Positions 1-9,008 of a DNA stretch of 64,000 bases are shown here, one piece after another. The position numbers and the translations under genes are program-made. The notes beneath the pieces were generated by a model. It was given only the letters and a program-made list of their open reading frames with translations. It was not told where the DNA came from and did not search any database. The first letter of the stretch is position 1, and each line of letters starts with the position of its first letter. Source of the stretch: Candidatus Poribacteria bacterium (lineage in GTDB: Bacteria; Poribacteria; WGA-4E; WGA-3G); contig OZ251518.1 of NCBI GenBank assembly GCA_965242965.1, forward strand, positions 2,880,001 through 2,944,000, read 5' to 3'.

Positions 1-284
1 TCTCCTACAGGGAAGAAATCGAGACCGGGAAGTCTCTCCTACCGAACGCATTGATATATGAAACCCCTCAATAATTTCGGTAGGAGGGACATCCTTGTCC
101 CGACGCGCTCATCTCGGTAGGAAATTGCGAGGGACAGGCCCTCGCACCACGATTCGGTAGGAGGGACATCCTTGTCCCGACGCGATAATCTCGGTAGGCG
201 ATTGCGAGGGACAGGCCCTCGCACTACGATAAGGAGACTTGTCCCGATACGGGAATGGCGGTTGGAGGGACATCCTTGTCCCGA
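1..284. repeat. Cluster of GTAG-REP palindromes (GTAGGAGGGACATCCTTGTCCCGA type and GCGAGGGACAGGCCCTCGC type) plus a TIR-like end at 57-69
   Basis: Tandem copies of GGGACA-TCCT-TGTCCC hairpins preceded by GTAG; the same motifs recur across the window. Confidence 0.85.
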
Positions 285-304
285 TACTGCAAGAGGAAAT
301 TGAT

Positions 305-1195
305 ATGAAACTTCCGTTTCTACACCATGAAACAGATGTCATCACCGATTTACGCGAGAGCAACGACATCCTTGACAACCCCAACGCACTGCGCGAACGG
401 ATAACGGAAGAGGGATATCTGCTCATCCGCGGACTACATGAACGGGAAGCGGTTCTGGCCGCGCGGAGGCAGATTCTGGAGAACCTCGCCGAGAAAGGGA
501 TGCTCGCGCCCAATACACCACTAATGGACGGCGTTTTCAACCCCGATTACCCCGAACCTACCTCCACCGGCTCCATGGGCAATAAGGCGTTGACGCAACT
601 GCCTGCCTTCAAAGCCGTCGTAGAGGGCGCGCCGGTGATGAACTTCTTCCAGCGGTTCCTCGGCGGCGACGCGCTGACGTTCGATTTCAAATGGCTCCGC
701 ACGGCAGGCCCCGGCTCAGCATCGCCGATTCATTACGACATCGTCTTCATGGGCAGAGGCACACAAAAACTCTATTCCTGTTGGACTCCCTTCGGCGACG
801 TGTCGTTAGAGATGGGCCCTGTTGTCTTCTGCCTCGGCTCGAACCGATTTGACAACGTTCGGGAAACGTATGGCAAAGCGGACGTTGACAAAGATCTTAT
901 TGAAGGGCATTTCAGCGATAATCCGGTCGAAATCGCTGAGAAATTTGGAGGCAACTGGGCGACGACAACTTTCGAGGCAGGCGATGCCATTATTTTCAGC
1001 ATGTTCCTGATGCACGCGTCGCTGCGCAATACATCCAACAAAATCCGCATCACCGCGGACACCCGCTATCAACTCGCGGAAGAACCAGCCGATGAACGCT
1101 GGATAGGTGAAGACCCGAGGGGACACTACGCGTGGAAACAGCAAAACGCGCAAATCGAACCGTTGGCGATTTCCCGACAAAAGTGGGGTGTGTAA
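305..1195 (+). CDS. Phytanoyl-CoA dioxygenase (PhyH) family Fe(II)/2OG oxygenase
   Basis: EEGYLLIRGL N-terminal motif, HxD (IHYD), distal His (LMHAS) and R of RITADTRY; start moved to ATG 305 after GAGG because the upstream in-frame part is REP sequence. Confidence 0.85.
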   Translation: MKLPFLHHETDVITDLRESNDILDNPNALRERITEEGYLLIRGLHEREAVLAARRQILENLAEKGMLAPNTPLMDGVFNPDYPEPTSTGSMGNKALTQLPAFKAVVEGAPVMNFFQRFLGGDALTFDFKWLRTAGPGSASPIHYDIVFMGRGTQKLYSCWTPFGDVSLEMGPVVFCLGSNRFDNVRETYGKADVDKDLIEGHFSDNPVEIAEKFGGNWATTTFEAGDAIIFSMFLMHASLRNTSNKIRITADTRYQLAEEPADERWIGEDPRGHYAWKQQNAQIEPLAISRQKWGV

Positions 1196-1214
1196 AGCGG
1201 AAAAAGGAAACGTT

Positions 1215-2291
1215 ATGCAATCAACAACCCGAAACGAACGCCGCACGAATAAGAAAAAATTCATATCGTTCCTGCTGCTCATCGCCGTGGCGGCTGGACT
1301 CGGCTACCTCTTTCGGTATTACAACACAAGACAGCAGGTGGCAACCGGGGGAGCCTGGGCAGTCTACTTTAGCGAAATCCGTCCCGGTGCCCCCGATAAA
1401 AACAACCCTTACTCCCTTGACAAGCGGCTTGTTGCCAAGTTAGAGACTGCTGCTGAAGGGATTGACGCGGCACTTCATCAACTTAATTCTGAGCCGATAG
1501 CGGATGCCTTTATTGACGCGCACCGCCGCGGCGTGCAGGTGCGGGTTGTCACCGAAACTAAGTATCGCGTCGAAAACCAGATCAGACGCTTGCAAGAAGT
1601 CGGCATCCCCGTCGCTGATGATGATGAGCACGATGGGCTGATGCACCACAAATTCATCGTCGTCGATGGACGCTATGTCTGGACAGGTTCCTATAATACC
1701 ACTTTCAACGGCGCATATCGGAACAACAATAATGTCATTTGGCTGGACTCGTCGCAACTCGCCTATAACTTCACGGAGGAGTTTCGCGAAATGTTTCACT
1801 ACCGACAGTTCGGGCGAACTTCAGACCCGAGTGTGCAGTATCCACAGGTGACGTTGGGCGATGGCACGCAGATTTTCACCTATTTCGCACCCGAAAACGA
1901 GACGATTCCGCCGATTTTAAGTGAAATTCAGTCTGCCAAAACGTCTATCCATTTCATGGCGTTTGCGTTTACGCACGATACCCTCGGCGATGCAATGCGG
2001 CGACAGTTTAAAGCAGGTATCGCGGTGCGCGGTGTCTTTGAGGAAAGACAGATTAGTCAGTATTCCGAATACGAACCGATGCGGGAGGCAGGACTGCCGG
2101 TGATTCAAGATAGAACGCGCGGCATGATGCACCACAAGGTAATTGTTATTGACGAAGAGACGGTGATAACCGGTTCCTACAACTTCTCGAAGAATGCTGA
2201 AAAGAACAATAGCGAGAACCTGCTGATTATCAAGGGCAATCGCGACATCGCTCGCGCCTATCTGGACGAATTTGAACGGATAACCCGATGA
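1215..2291 (+). CDS. Membrane-anchored phospholipase D/nuclease family protein with two HKD motifs
   Basis: HHKFIVVD..TGSYN and HHKVIVID..TGSYN; N-terminal TM helix; AAGGA RBS before ATG 1215. Confidence 0.85.
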   Translation: MQSTTRNERRTNKKKFISFLLLIAVAAGLGYLFRYYNTRQQVATGGAWAVYFSEIRPGAPDKNNPYSLDKRLVAKLETAAEGIDAALHQLNSEPIADAFIDAHRRGVQVRVVTETKYRVENQIRRLQEVGIPVADDDEHDGLMHHKFIVVDGRYVWTGSYNTTFNGAYRNNNNVIWLDSSQLAYNFTEEFREMFHYRQFGRTSDPSVQYPQVTLGDGTQIFTYFAPENETIPPILSEIQSAKTSIHFMAFAFTHDTLGDAMRRQFKAGIAVRGVFEERQISQYSEYEPMREAGLPVIQDRTRGMMHHKVIVIDEETVITGSYNFSKNAEKNNSENLLIIKGNRDIARAYLDEFERITR

Positions 2292-2337
2292 AGACAACGT
2301 CTATCAGGGGCTGTCAGGGCAAATTTCTATAGCCACC

Positions 2338-3099
2338 CTATACTCGCTTTACCCGCGCACTGTAGTCGTCGTATGCACGCTCAATCTGCTTCGCCGATTC
2401 CTCAGGACCGAGGAAATAGGAACCTGTCAGCACTACGGGCGGTTGTCCACGTTCCGTTAACAATTCAGCGACGCGGCACTTTATCGCGTTCGCAATCGCC
2501 AACGTGCCGATGCTAGAGGTAGGGCCAACCGGATGCGCCAAATTCGGGATATCCACCACCGCATCGCCCGGCGGGTTGCAGTTGTCAATCGTCAAGTCGG
2601 CGACATCGCAAAGCCGTTTGCCGGCGGCGTGCTTTGAAGTAGAAGCGCGACTGTGCGCGAGGGAACTCACCGCGATGACAGGAAGCTCCCGCGCTTTCGC
2701 ACCCATCGCCATTTCAATCGGCAGAACATTCGTGCCGGAGTTGGAGAAGACAATCATGCAATCGGCGGGCACGAAGGTGAAGTTGCGCAAAATTACCTCG
2801 GCGTAGCCCGGTATGTTTTCCAAAAAGAGTGCCTGTCGCTGTCCGTTGCAACCGACGACTTGGTTATGGTAAGTAACGGCGAGTTCCACGATAGGATAGA
2901 AACCGGCATAACTGCCGTAGCGTGGGAAGATTTCTTCGACTGCCATGCGGGAGTGCCCGGAGCCGAAGAGGTAGACGAGGCCGCCGTTTCCAATGGTTTC
3001 GGCGCACATGTCTGAGGCTTGCGCGATGGCATCCAGCTGCGTCGCCTCAATCTGTCTTAAAACGTCTTGTGCAATTTGTAAATAGCGTAAATGGGACAT
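2338..3099 (-). CDS. SIS-domain sugar isomerase
   Basis: LFGSGHS, FSNSG, IDNCNPPGDA and VGPTSS motifs of SIS proteins. Confidence 0.85.
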   Translation of the reverse strand: MSHLRYLQIAQDVLRQIEATQLDAIAQASDMCAETIGNGGLVYLFGSGHSRMAVEEIFPRYGSYAGFYPIVELAVTYHNQVVGCNGQRQALFLENIPGYAEVILRNFTFVPADCMIVFSNSGTNVLPIEMAMGAKARELPVIAVSSLAHSRASTSKHAAGKRLCDVADLTIDNCNPPGDAVVDIPNLAHPVGPTSSIGTLAIANAIKCRVAELLTERGQPPVVLTGSYFLGPEESAKQIERAYDDYSARVKRV

Positions 3100-3248
3100 T
3101 TTTGTTGTTCCTAGCGGTTGTTCAGTGATGACGCTGACGCGTCAGCATACCTGGGGATTTGATATAGAATTCCTCCATTATTCTATCATATTTCGGTGAA
3201 AATTGCAATTTTTTGTGTTTTCATTCGCGTTTTGTGGTATAATATACG

Positions 3249-3463
3249 GTGAAGGGGATCGTTTTTAACCGTAGCGCGGGGGCCCTCGGATGCCATACGC
3301 GCATCCGAGAGGGTTTCCCCCGCGATCGCAGCATGGCGAGGGACAGGCCCTCGCCCTACGATGAAAGGGACATTTTTTTCATCGCAGCGCGGGGGCCCTC
3401 GGATGCCACACGCGCATCCGAGCGGGTTTCACCGAAACGTTGAGCGATTTAGGAAACACCCTC
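3249..3463. repeat. REP cluster ending in TIR-like TAGGAAACACCCTC
   Basis: GTAGCGCGGGGGCCCTCGGATGCC... and GGCGAGGGACAGGCCCTCGCCCTAC motifs. Confidence 0.85.
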
Positions 3464-3507
3464 AGTTATTGACAACGTCAACAACAAATATACGTAGGAG
3501 AAACGCA

Positions 3508-4452
3508 TTGCGAACGACAAAAATTCCCGGCGTTAGCAAAGACATATCCCAACTGATTTTAGGAACGATGATGCTATCACCGGTGGCATACGCTCATAGC
3601 ACCGAACTGCTGGACGCATTCTTTGAGGCGGGCGGCAACGCGCTTGACACCGCACACGGCTACGGCGGCGGCACCAGCGAAATGTTAATCGGGCTCTGGA
3701 TGCGGCAACGTGGGAACCGCGAGAACGTCTTTCTCATTGATAAAGGCGGACATCCAAATGGACGCGTGCCACGCCCGCGCCTTTCACCGGAGGAGCTCAA
3801 AAGCGATTTGGATGAAAGTCTCATCCGCCTCCGCACCGATTACATCGATGTCTACATGCTCCATCGCGATGACCCGAGCATCCCTGTTAGCACGGTTATC
3901 GATTACCTGAATCACGAAATCGGTGCCGGGCGCATTCGCGCAATTTCGGCATCGAACTGGGAACCGGAACGCATCCTCGCCGCGAACGATTACGCAGCGG
4001 AAAACGGGTTAAGCGGGTTTGTCTCGTGTAGCAACAACATCAGCCTCGCCGTGCCGATGGAGCCGATGTGGGGCGGCTGCGTCTGCGTTGACGAAAAGGC
4101 GCGCGCATGGCACGAAGAAAGCCAATTCCCGCTGATGCCCTGGTCTTCGCAGGCGAGAGGATTCTTCAGCGGCGCGTTTACGCCTGAAAAACGCGACAAT
4201 CGCGACATGGTGCGAGTCTATTACAACGATGACAACTTTGAGCGGCTCGCCCGCGCAACAAAATTGGGAGAGGAACGAGGCTACTCTGCCATCCAGGTCT
4301 CGTTGGCTTATGCCGTTCAACTGCCATTCCCTATTTTTCCAATCGTCGGCCCGGCGAACTTGGAGGAGATGGCATCCTCGTTAGGGGCATTGTCGCTTGA
4401 ACTCTCGGCAGCGGATATGGCCTGGCTGAACCTTGAAACGGAGAAAAAATGA
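3508..4452 (+). CDS. Aldo/keto reductase
   Basis: LILGT, LDTAHGYG, DYIDVYMLHRDD, GRIRAISASNW; TTG start after AGGAG (the ORF-track N-terminus is REP-derived). Confidence 0.88.
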   Translation: MRTTKIPGVSKDISQLILGTMMLSPVAYAHSTELLDAFFEAGGNALDTAHGYGGGTSEMLIGLWMRQRGNRENVFLIDKGGHPNGRVPRPRLSPEELKSDLDESLIRLRTDYIDVYMLHRDDPSIPVSTVIDYLNHEIGAGRIRAISASNWEPERILAANDYAAENGLSGFVSCSNNISLAVPMEPMWGGCVCVDEKARAWHEESQFPLMPWSSQARGFFSGAFTPEKRDNRDMVRVYYNDDNFERLARATKLGEERGYSAIQVSLAYAVQLPFPIFPIVGPANLEEMASSLGALSLELSAADMAWLNLETEKK

Positions 4453-5507
4453 TGAACACACGTATCCTATTATTAGCACTCCTTTTTATGGCTATACAAC
4501 TGATTGTGCTTCCTTTAGGCTTATCGCAAGATAGCTGAGGCGCGTGAAGCAATCCCGCCATCCCGCAAGGCGGGAGGGATGAAGTCAGGTTGACTTCAGA
4601 GGAGACACAGAAATTTCACGCCGCCTTCAGCATAATGCGATGGTTCGACGCGCAAGGCGGACACCTTGAAACAGAGGGGATTTCCCCAGAGGGTAAGGTT
4701 ATCATCGTGCCTTTGCATCGGCACCATGTCACCTTAAACATTTTCCGCGTTGATGTTGGATTGAAATGCTACTTTAACTCCAACTGGATGCTGGAAGCGA
4801 ACGTCCCTTACGAAGTGAAAGCGCAGGAGGCGACAATCGAGGAACTCGCCGATTCTACGCCTGCCGAAATGGCGGCAATCGTGCGGAATGGTAATAATCA
4901 TCATCGAACCGAAACCTATACCGGGCTCAGGGACACGGATGTGCTGCTCGGGTATAACGCGCAAGGATTGCTGAAAGAGAATGATTTTCTCACGGCGCGC
5001 ATCGGCACAACGGTGCCACTCGGCAAAACTGAGGAAGACCCGTGGCAACTCGGAAAACAGGGGCTTGAGCATCTGCACATTCAATTCGGCACCGGCACCT
5101 TTAATCCCATCGCTGCTCTCTATTATCGCGTGCCGCTCTACGGAAATCTCGCCGCGAATGTGAGCTTGCGCGGGAAGTTGCCGTTCTATGAAAACAGCAA
5201 AACCTATCGCGGTTCAAGGGAACTCACCTATACGGCGGGGTTACACTACCGATTCACCGATTGGCTGTCGGTTCATGGCAGTTATCTGGGGCTTTATCAA
5301 ACCTACGCGTATTGGGCAGGTGAACGGGATATTAACACGGGACTCCATTTCAGCATGGCATCGTTCGGCACCTCTGTTGCAATGCCTTATGATGCCACGC
5401 TGTCCCTGACGATGATGTTGCCGCTCCAACAGGAGACGCTCTACGACGACAGCGATGCATTTGAATTCGGTCCGCTGGTTTCGTTAACGGTGCTTCATGC
5501 GTTCTAA
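4449..5507 (+). CDS. Putative outer-membrane beta-barrel selenoprotein (352 codons) with N-terminal UxxU motif
   Basis: ATG 4449 overlaps the AKR stop (ATGA) and encodes signal peptide MMNTRILLLALLFMAIQLIVLPLGLS-QDS, then TGA(4536)-G-A-TGA(4545), in frame with ORF 4590-5507, which has amphipathic strands and a C-terminal Phe. Confidence 0.75.
4552..4580 (+). promoter_or_regulatory. Candidate bacterial SECIS hairpin
   Basis: ATCCC-GCCA-TCCCGC-AAG-GCGGGA-GGGAT stem-loop starting 5 nt after the second in-frame TGA. Confidence 0.55.
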
Positions 5508-5519
5508 ATTAGTGAGAGA

Positions 5520-5768
5520 GGAGCAGGATTTGGAGCAGGATAGGAGCAGGATTTTCAAGATTTTCAAGATTTCACAGGATTAGGGCTCTGGTGCGTCGGC
5601 GCGGTTGTGGCCTGCCACGGGGTATTCGATGCATCAGCATCTATAATCGTGGTAAATCGTGATAAGAGGGACGATCAGGAAAACCTGCAGAGGGACAATC
5701 AGGAAAACCTGATCGTCTTGACAGGCGTGACCGTCTTGACAGGCGTGACCGTGTAAATCCTGCTTCAG
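5520..5768. repeat. CAGGATT/CAAGATT short-repeat element with inverted GCAGGATT...AATCCTGC ends
   Basis: Shares CAGGATTAGGGCTCTG, CCACGG and GCATCAG segments with 19940-20252. Confidence 0.7.
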
Positions 5769-5776
5769 ACGATTGG

Positions 5777-6470
5777 CATGGCGAGGGAAACCCTCTCGCA
5801 TGCGCGTGTGGCATGCGAGGGCCCTCGCCCTACGGTAAACGGCATGCTTTTTTTAACCGTAGCGCGGGGGCCTGTCCCCCGCGATCACACCCGCGAAAAA
5901 AACCTCTTCAGGTCCTTTAGGTCCTGCATGTCTATAGTATCCCCGACCTCAAAAAACGCTAAGGTCCTTTAGGTCCTTAATCTGCAGCACACGCAATGCA
6001 GCAGAAAAACATTAAGGTCCTAAAGGACCTTGAGGACTTGGAGGTCTGCGTATTCTACAGACATTAAGGTCCTACGGACCTTGAGGAGACTGTAGTTCGG
6101 GAGCGCCTGCTCCCGAAACGGGTCAAGAGCAGGCGCTCTTGACCTACAGAAGGGATGCGCGCACGCGTACCCTATGGCATGGCGAGGGACAGGCCCTCGC
6201 CCTACGGGCAGCGGGGCGTTTTTTTTCACCGCAGCGCGGGGGCCTGTCCCCCGCGATCGTTCGACCTACGCGAAAAACGCACGCCGACAAAGGCCGTTTC
6301 TCGTGCAGATCGCGGCATGGCGAGGGACAGGCCCTCGCCCTACGGGAACGAGGGAACGACCGAGGCATGGCGAGGGACAGGCCCTCGCCCTACGGTGAAA
6401 CGGGAGACGGCCTTGACAACCGCAGCGCGGAGGGCCCTCGCCCTACGGTACCCGAGTATTCTCCCTACAG
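5777..6470. repeat. Large composite REP cluster including the AGGTCC-tac-GGACCT palindromic module and an inverted REP doublet (6091-6148)
   Basis: Many GTAG-hairpins; near-identical module at 52680-53250. Confidence 0.85.
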
Positions 6471-6977
6471 CGCAGAGACTAATCGGATATCAGCTAACCG
6501 CAAGACATAAGCATCTTGACGAAAACCGTAGTAATTCTTCCGGATACGACAGATGCGGAATCCGAATCGCCGATAGAGCGCATGCGCCGCCACATTCGCA
6601 ACATCTACTTCCAAGAAGACCTGGCGGCCACCGCTCGCCGCTATCATTTCCAACGTCGCAGTAAGGATATATTTGGCAATTCCGCGCCGCCGATAGGCAG
6701 CGGCGACAGCGAGATTGTCAAGATGGCCCTCATCGCAGATTATCCGAAACACAACGTATCCCACGATTTGCTCGCTGAGGCGCGCGACGTAAAGATGTTC
6801 GTTCGGCTTCGGTTTGCGGAGTGCTATTCGGAAAAAGGAGGCATTCCACGGAGTGGTGAATGCCTCCTTTTCAATCGCCATGACCTGGGGCAGATCTGCC
6901 AATTGCATTCTCTCAAAAACCAGGTCTGGGAGGGTAGATGCGCTACGCGGAGGGTTATTACCAAACGTTTTTTCCAT
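6465..6977 (-). CDS. rimI: Ribosomal-protein-alanine N-acetyltransferase (GNAT)
   Basis: IEKEAFTTPW, GHLDNLAV..YRRRGIA, FLEVDVANVAAHALY..FGF..RKNYY. Confidence 0.8.
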   Translation of the reverse strand: MEKTFGNNPPRSASTLPDLVFERMQLADLPQVMAIEKEAFTTPWNASFFRIALRKPKPNEHLYVARLSEQIVGYVVFRIICDEGHLDNLAVAAAYRRRGIAKYILTATLEMIAASGGRQVFLEVDVANVAAHALYRRFGFRICRIRKNYYGFRQDAYVLRLADIRLVSAL

Positions 6978-6985
6978 GAGGTGCC

Positions 6986-8335
6986 CTATTTCGCCAAGTC
7001 GCGCGCTTCTCTAAATTTCCGCTTTGCGAATTGCCCCCACTCTTTCAGTTTCTGGTTGCGGAAGCCCGGGTCTTTCCATTCGGTGCTAGCGAACTGCATC
7101 GCCTCTTCTTCGGATAGCGGTATCTGCGTGAGTGCCGCGATGGCTGCCTCGCGCTTCGCAACGTCTCGGCATTCCCCAATTGCCTTCCACGCGTCCACCA
7201 ACTCTTTGTGCGAGTCGATAATCAGCACGCCAAAGAGGTCATTGACGATATCCCACCGAGTCCCGCCTTTGTCCGCGTCGTATTGAAACGGCGTGAAGCC
7301 GAGGGTGAACGGATTTGTGACGATGCACCGGTCACCGAGTTTATCGTAGAGTGCAGGGAGGACGCTGGCACGGTTCAAACCGCCTTCCCACTCCGGTCCT
7401 TCCGGGTCACTGTCAGGCAGCATCCAGAGTTTTTGTCCGCGTTCGGAGAGGACGAATTCCATGAACCTTCGCGCGACTTCCAGATTCGGCGCGCCTTTGA
7501 GGATAGCGATGGAGTCGGGATTGACAACCGTTCCATCACTCGGCATGACGTATTTGATCTTATCCGCGCCGACAACGACAATCTGTCCGTAGGCGTAAAA
7601 ATCGATCGCCATGCCATAAATGACATCACCGGCGACTACGTCTTTCGGAATGGCGTTCGCCCCGGCAGAGAATCTTCGGACGTTTCCGCCGATTTTTGTG
7701 AGGAGCGCGAAGCCGTCTTCCCAACCGTGCGTCTGGAGGATAATTTCATACATCATGTGCGCGGAGCCGCTCTCTCTCGGGTCGGCGGCACCGATGTTCC
7801 TGAGGAGTGCGGTGTCGCCTAAATCCTGCCACGTTTTCGCCGCAGGGAGCCCGAGCAAGGCGCGGAGCTCTTCGTTGAACATGATGCCGAAACTTGATAA
7901 CGCCGCGCCATACCAACGGTATTCGGCATCGTAAACGGGAATACCGTGGAAGGATTGCGGAATCTGTTCTAGCTGCGCTTCCGGGAGTTTATAGGGGCTC
8001 AAGAGGTTTTGCGCGGCGAGGCGCAGGTAACTATCGGTGCCGCCGCCGAAGAACATGTCGATGTCAATGCCTTCGGGGACGCGTTTAAACTCCGAGTCAA
8101 TGAACCGGTAGTTAGAGGAGGTGCCGCCGAGATCTCGCCAATCTAGTTTGACCTCCCTGCCGGTCTGCTCTTGATACCAAGCCGTGAAATTTCTGTCAAA
8201 TTCTGTCTGAATGCCCTCCGAGTGCGGTGAGATGATGACGAGTGCATCTTGCGCAAATAGGGCAGTGGGCAGTGTCATCAGACAGAACACTATTCCGATT
8301 AAGCACTCTAGCGGAGTGCGATGTCTATAGAACAC
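6986..8335 (-). CDS. ABC transporter substrate-binding protein (Fe3+/thiamine-like family)
   Basis: LVIISPH, DMFFGGG, ADPRESGS, AIDFYA, NPDSIAILKGAPN; GTG start after AGGAG (the ORF-track extension is REP sequence). Confidence 0.8.
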   Translation of the reverse strand: MFYRHRTPLECLIGIVFCLMTLPTALFAQDALVIISPHSEGIQTEFDRNFTAWYQEQTGREVKLDWRDLGGTSSNYRFIDSEFKRVPEGIDIDMFFGGGTDSYLRLAAQNLLSPYKLPEAQLEQIPQSFHGIPVYDAEYRWYGAALSSFGIMFNEELRALLGLPAAKTWQDLGDTALLRNIGAADPRESGSAHMMYEIILQTHGWEDGFALLTKIGGNVRRFSAGANAIPKDVVAGDVIYGMAIDFYAYGQIVVVGADKIKYVMPSDGTVVNPDSIAILKGAPNLEVARRFMEFVLSERGQKLWMLPDSDPEGPEWEGGLNRASVLPALYDKLGDRCIVTNPFTLGFTPFQYDADKGGTRWDIVNDLFGVLIIDSHKELVDAWKAIGECRDVAKREAAIAALTQIPLSEEEAMQFASTEWKDPGFRNQKLKEWGQFAKRKFREARDLAK

Positions 8336-8383
8336 AGGTTTGATTCTCCTTTTTTTATTATGCGGGTTCCGCTCGCTATGTAG

Positions 8384-8790
8384 CGATCGCGGGGGACAGG
8401 CCCCCGCGCTACGATGGAAAAAAACGTGCTGCTTACCGTAGGGCGAGGGCCTGTCCCTCGCCATGCAACGATCGCGGGGGAAACCCGCTCGGATGCGCGT
8501 GTGGCATCCGAGGGCCCCCGCGCTACGGTATCTCTGACCTTCCCCTTCACCGTAGGGCGAGGGCCTGTCCCTCGCCATGCAACGATCGCGGAGGAAACGG
8601 CGTGGGCTGGCGTGCGATTTTCGCGCAGATCGGGCGATCGCGGGGGACAGGCCCCCGCGCTACGGTATGCAAGGCCGTCTCCGTTTTACCGTAGGGCGAG
8701 GGCCTGTCCCTCGCCATGCGTCATTCCCCCTGTAGGTCAGGATCGCCTGATCCTGACCCGTTCGAGATCAGGCGATCTCGAACTACAGAG
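8384..8790. repeat. Composite REP cluster with inverted REP doublet at 8730-8788
   Basis: Alternating GTAGGGCGAGGGCCTGTCCCTCGCCA and TCGCGGGGGACAGGCCCCCGCGCTAC. Confidence 0.88.
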
Positions 8791-8819
8791 AGTGGCCCAA
8801 TGCCTTTTTCTAGCGGTAT

Positions 8820-8954
8820 TTACAATCGTGACACAATCACCGGCATTTTCCACACGAGGATGATAATGCCGACGAGCAAGATGAGATACCACACGATGAG
8901 GTTGCGGATGCGCGTCCGCTTAAAGATAGGACGGCGCGGGCGTTGTAATTTCAT
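8820..8954 (-). CDS. Small (44 aa) single-pass membrane protein, below the ORF-track cutoff
   Basis: MKLQRPRRPIFKRTRIRNLIVWYLILLVGIIILVWKMPVIVSRL*: basic N-terminus then a TM helix; same strand as its neighbours; weak RBS. Confidence 0.45.
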   Translation of the reverse strand: MKLQRPRRPIFKRTRIRNLIVWYLILLVGIIILVWKMPVIVSRL

Positions 8955-9008
8955 TTTTCTGTTGTTCGCGAGGCGTTCGATGGACGTTATCCGTGCAACG
9001 TAGCCCAG

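Noticed and set aside
1215-2291. PLD protein as an anti-phage or restriction nuclease
   Set aside because: It is membrane-anchored with two HKD domains, has no helicase or MTase partner nearby, and lies in a housekeeping context.
4536-4547. Genome-wide TGA reassignment (code 4 or 25) as the explanation for the in-frame TGAs
   Set aside because: Many intact genes in the window end in TGA, several in ATGA overlaps, and no other gene shows internal TGA.
5778-6664. Short ORFs with ARGPVPR, MARDRPSPY or WRGTGPRPT peptides (also near 8300-8860, 9950-10530, 18490-19090, 22200-22700, 29540-30080, 39620-40520, 52550-53530, 57580)
   Set aside because: They are translations of REP palindromes, not genes; they also create false N-terminal extensions on real CDS (239, 3361, 8578, 29983, 59699).
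6516-7822. Long antisense ORFs (e.g. 6516-7286, 7208-7822, 13976-14743, 38751-39590, 47475-48221)
   Set aside because: They overlap well-supported genes on the opposite strand and have no recognisable motifs; typical GC-rich shadow frames.
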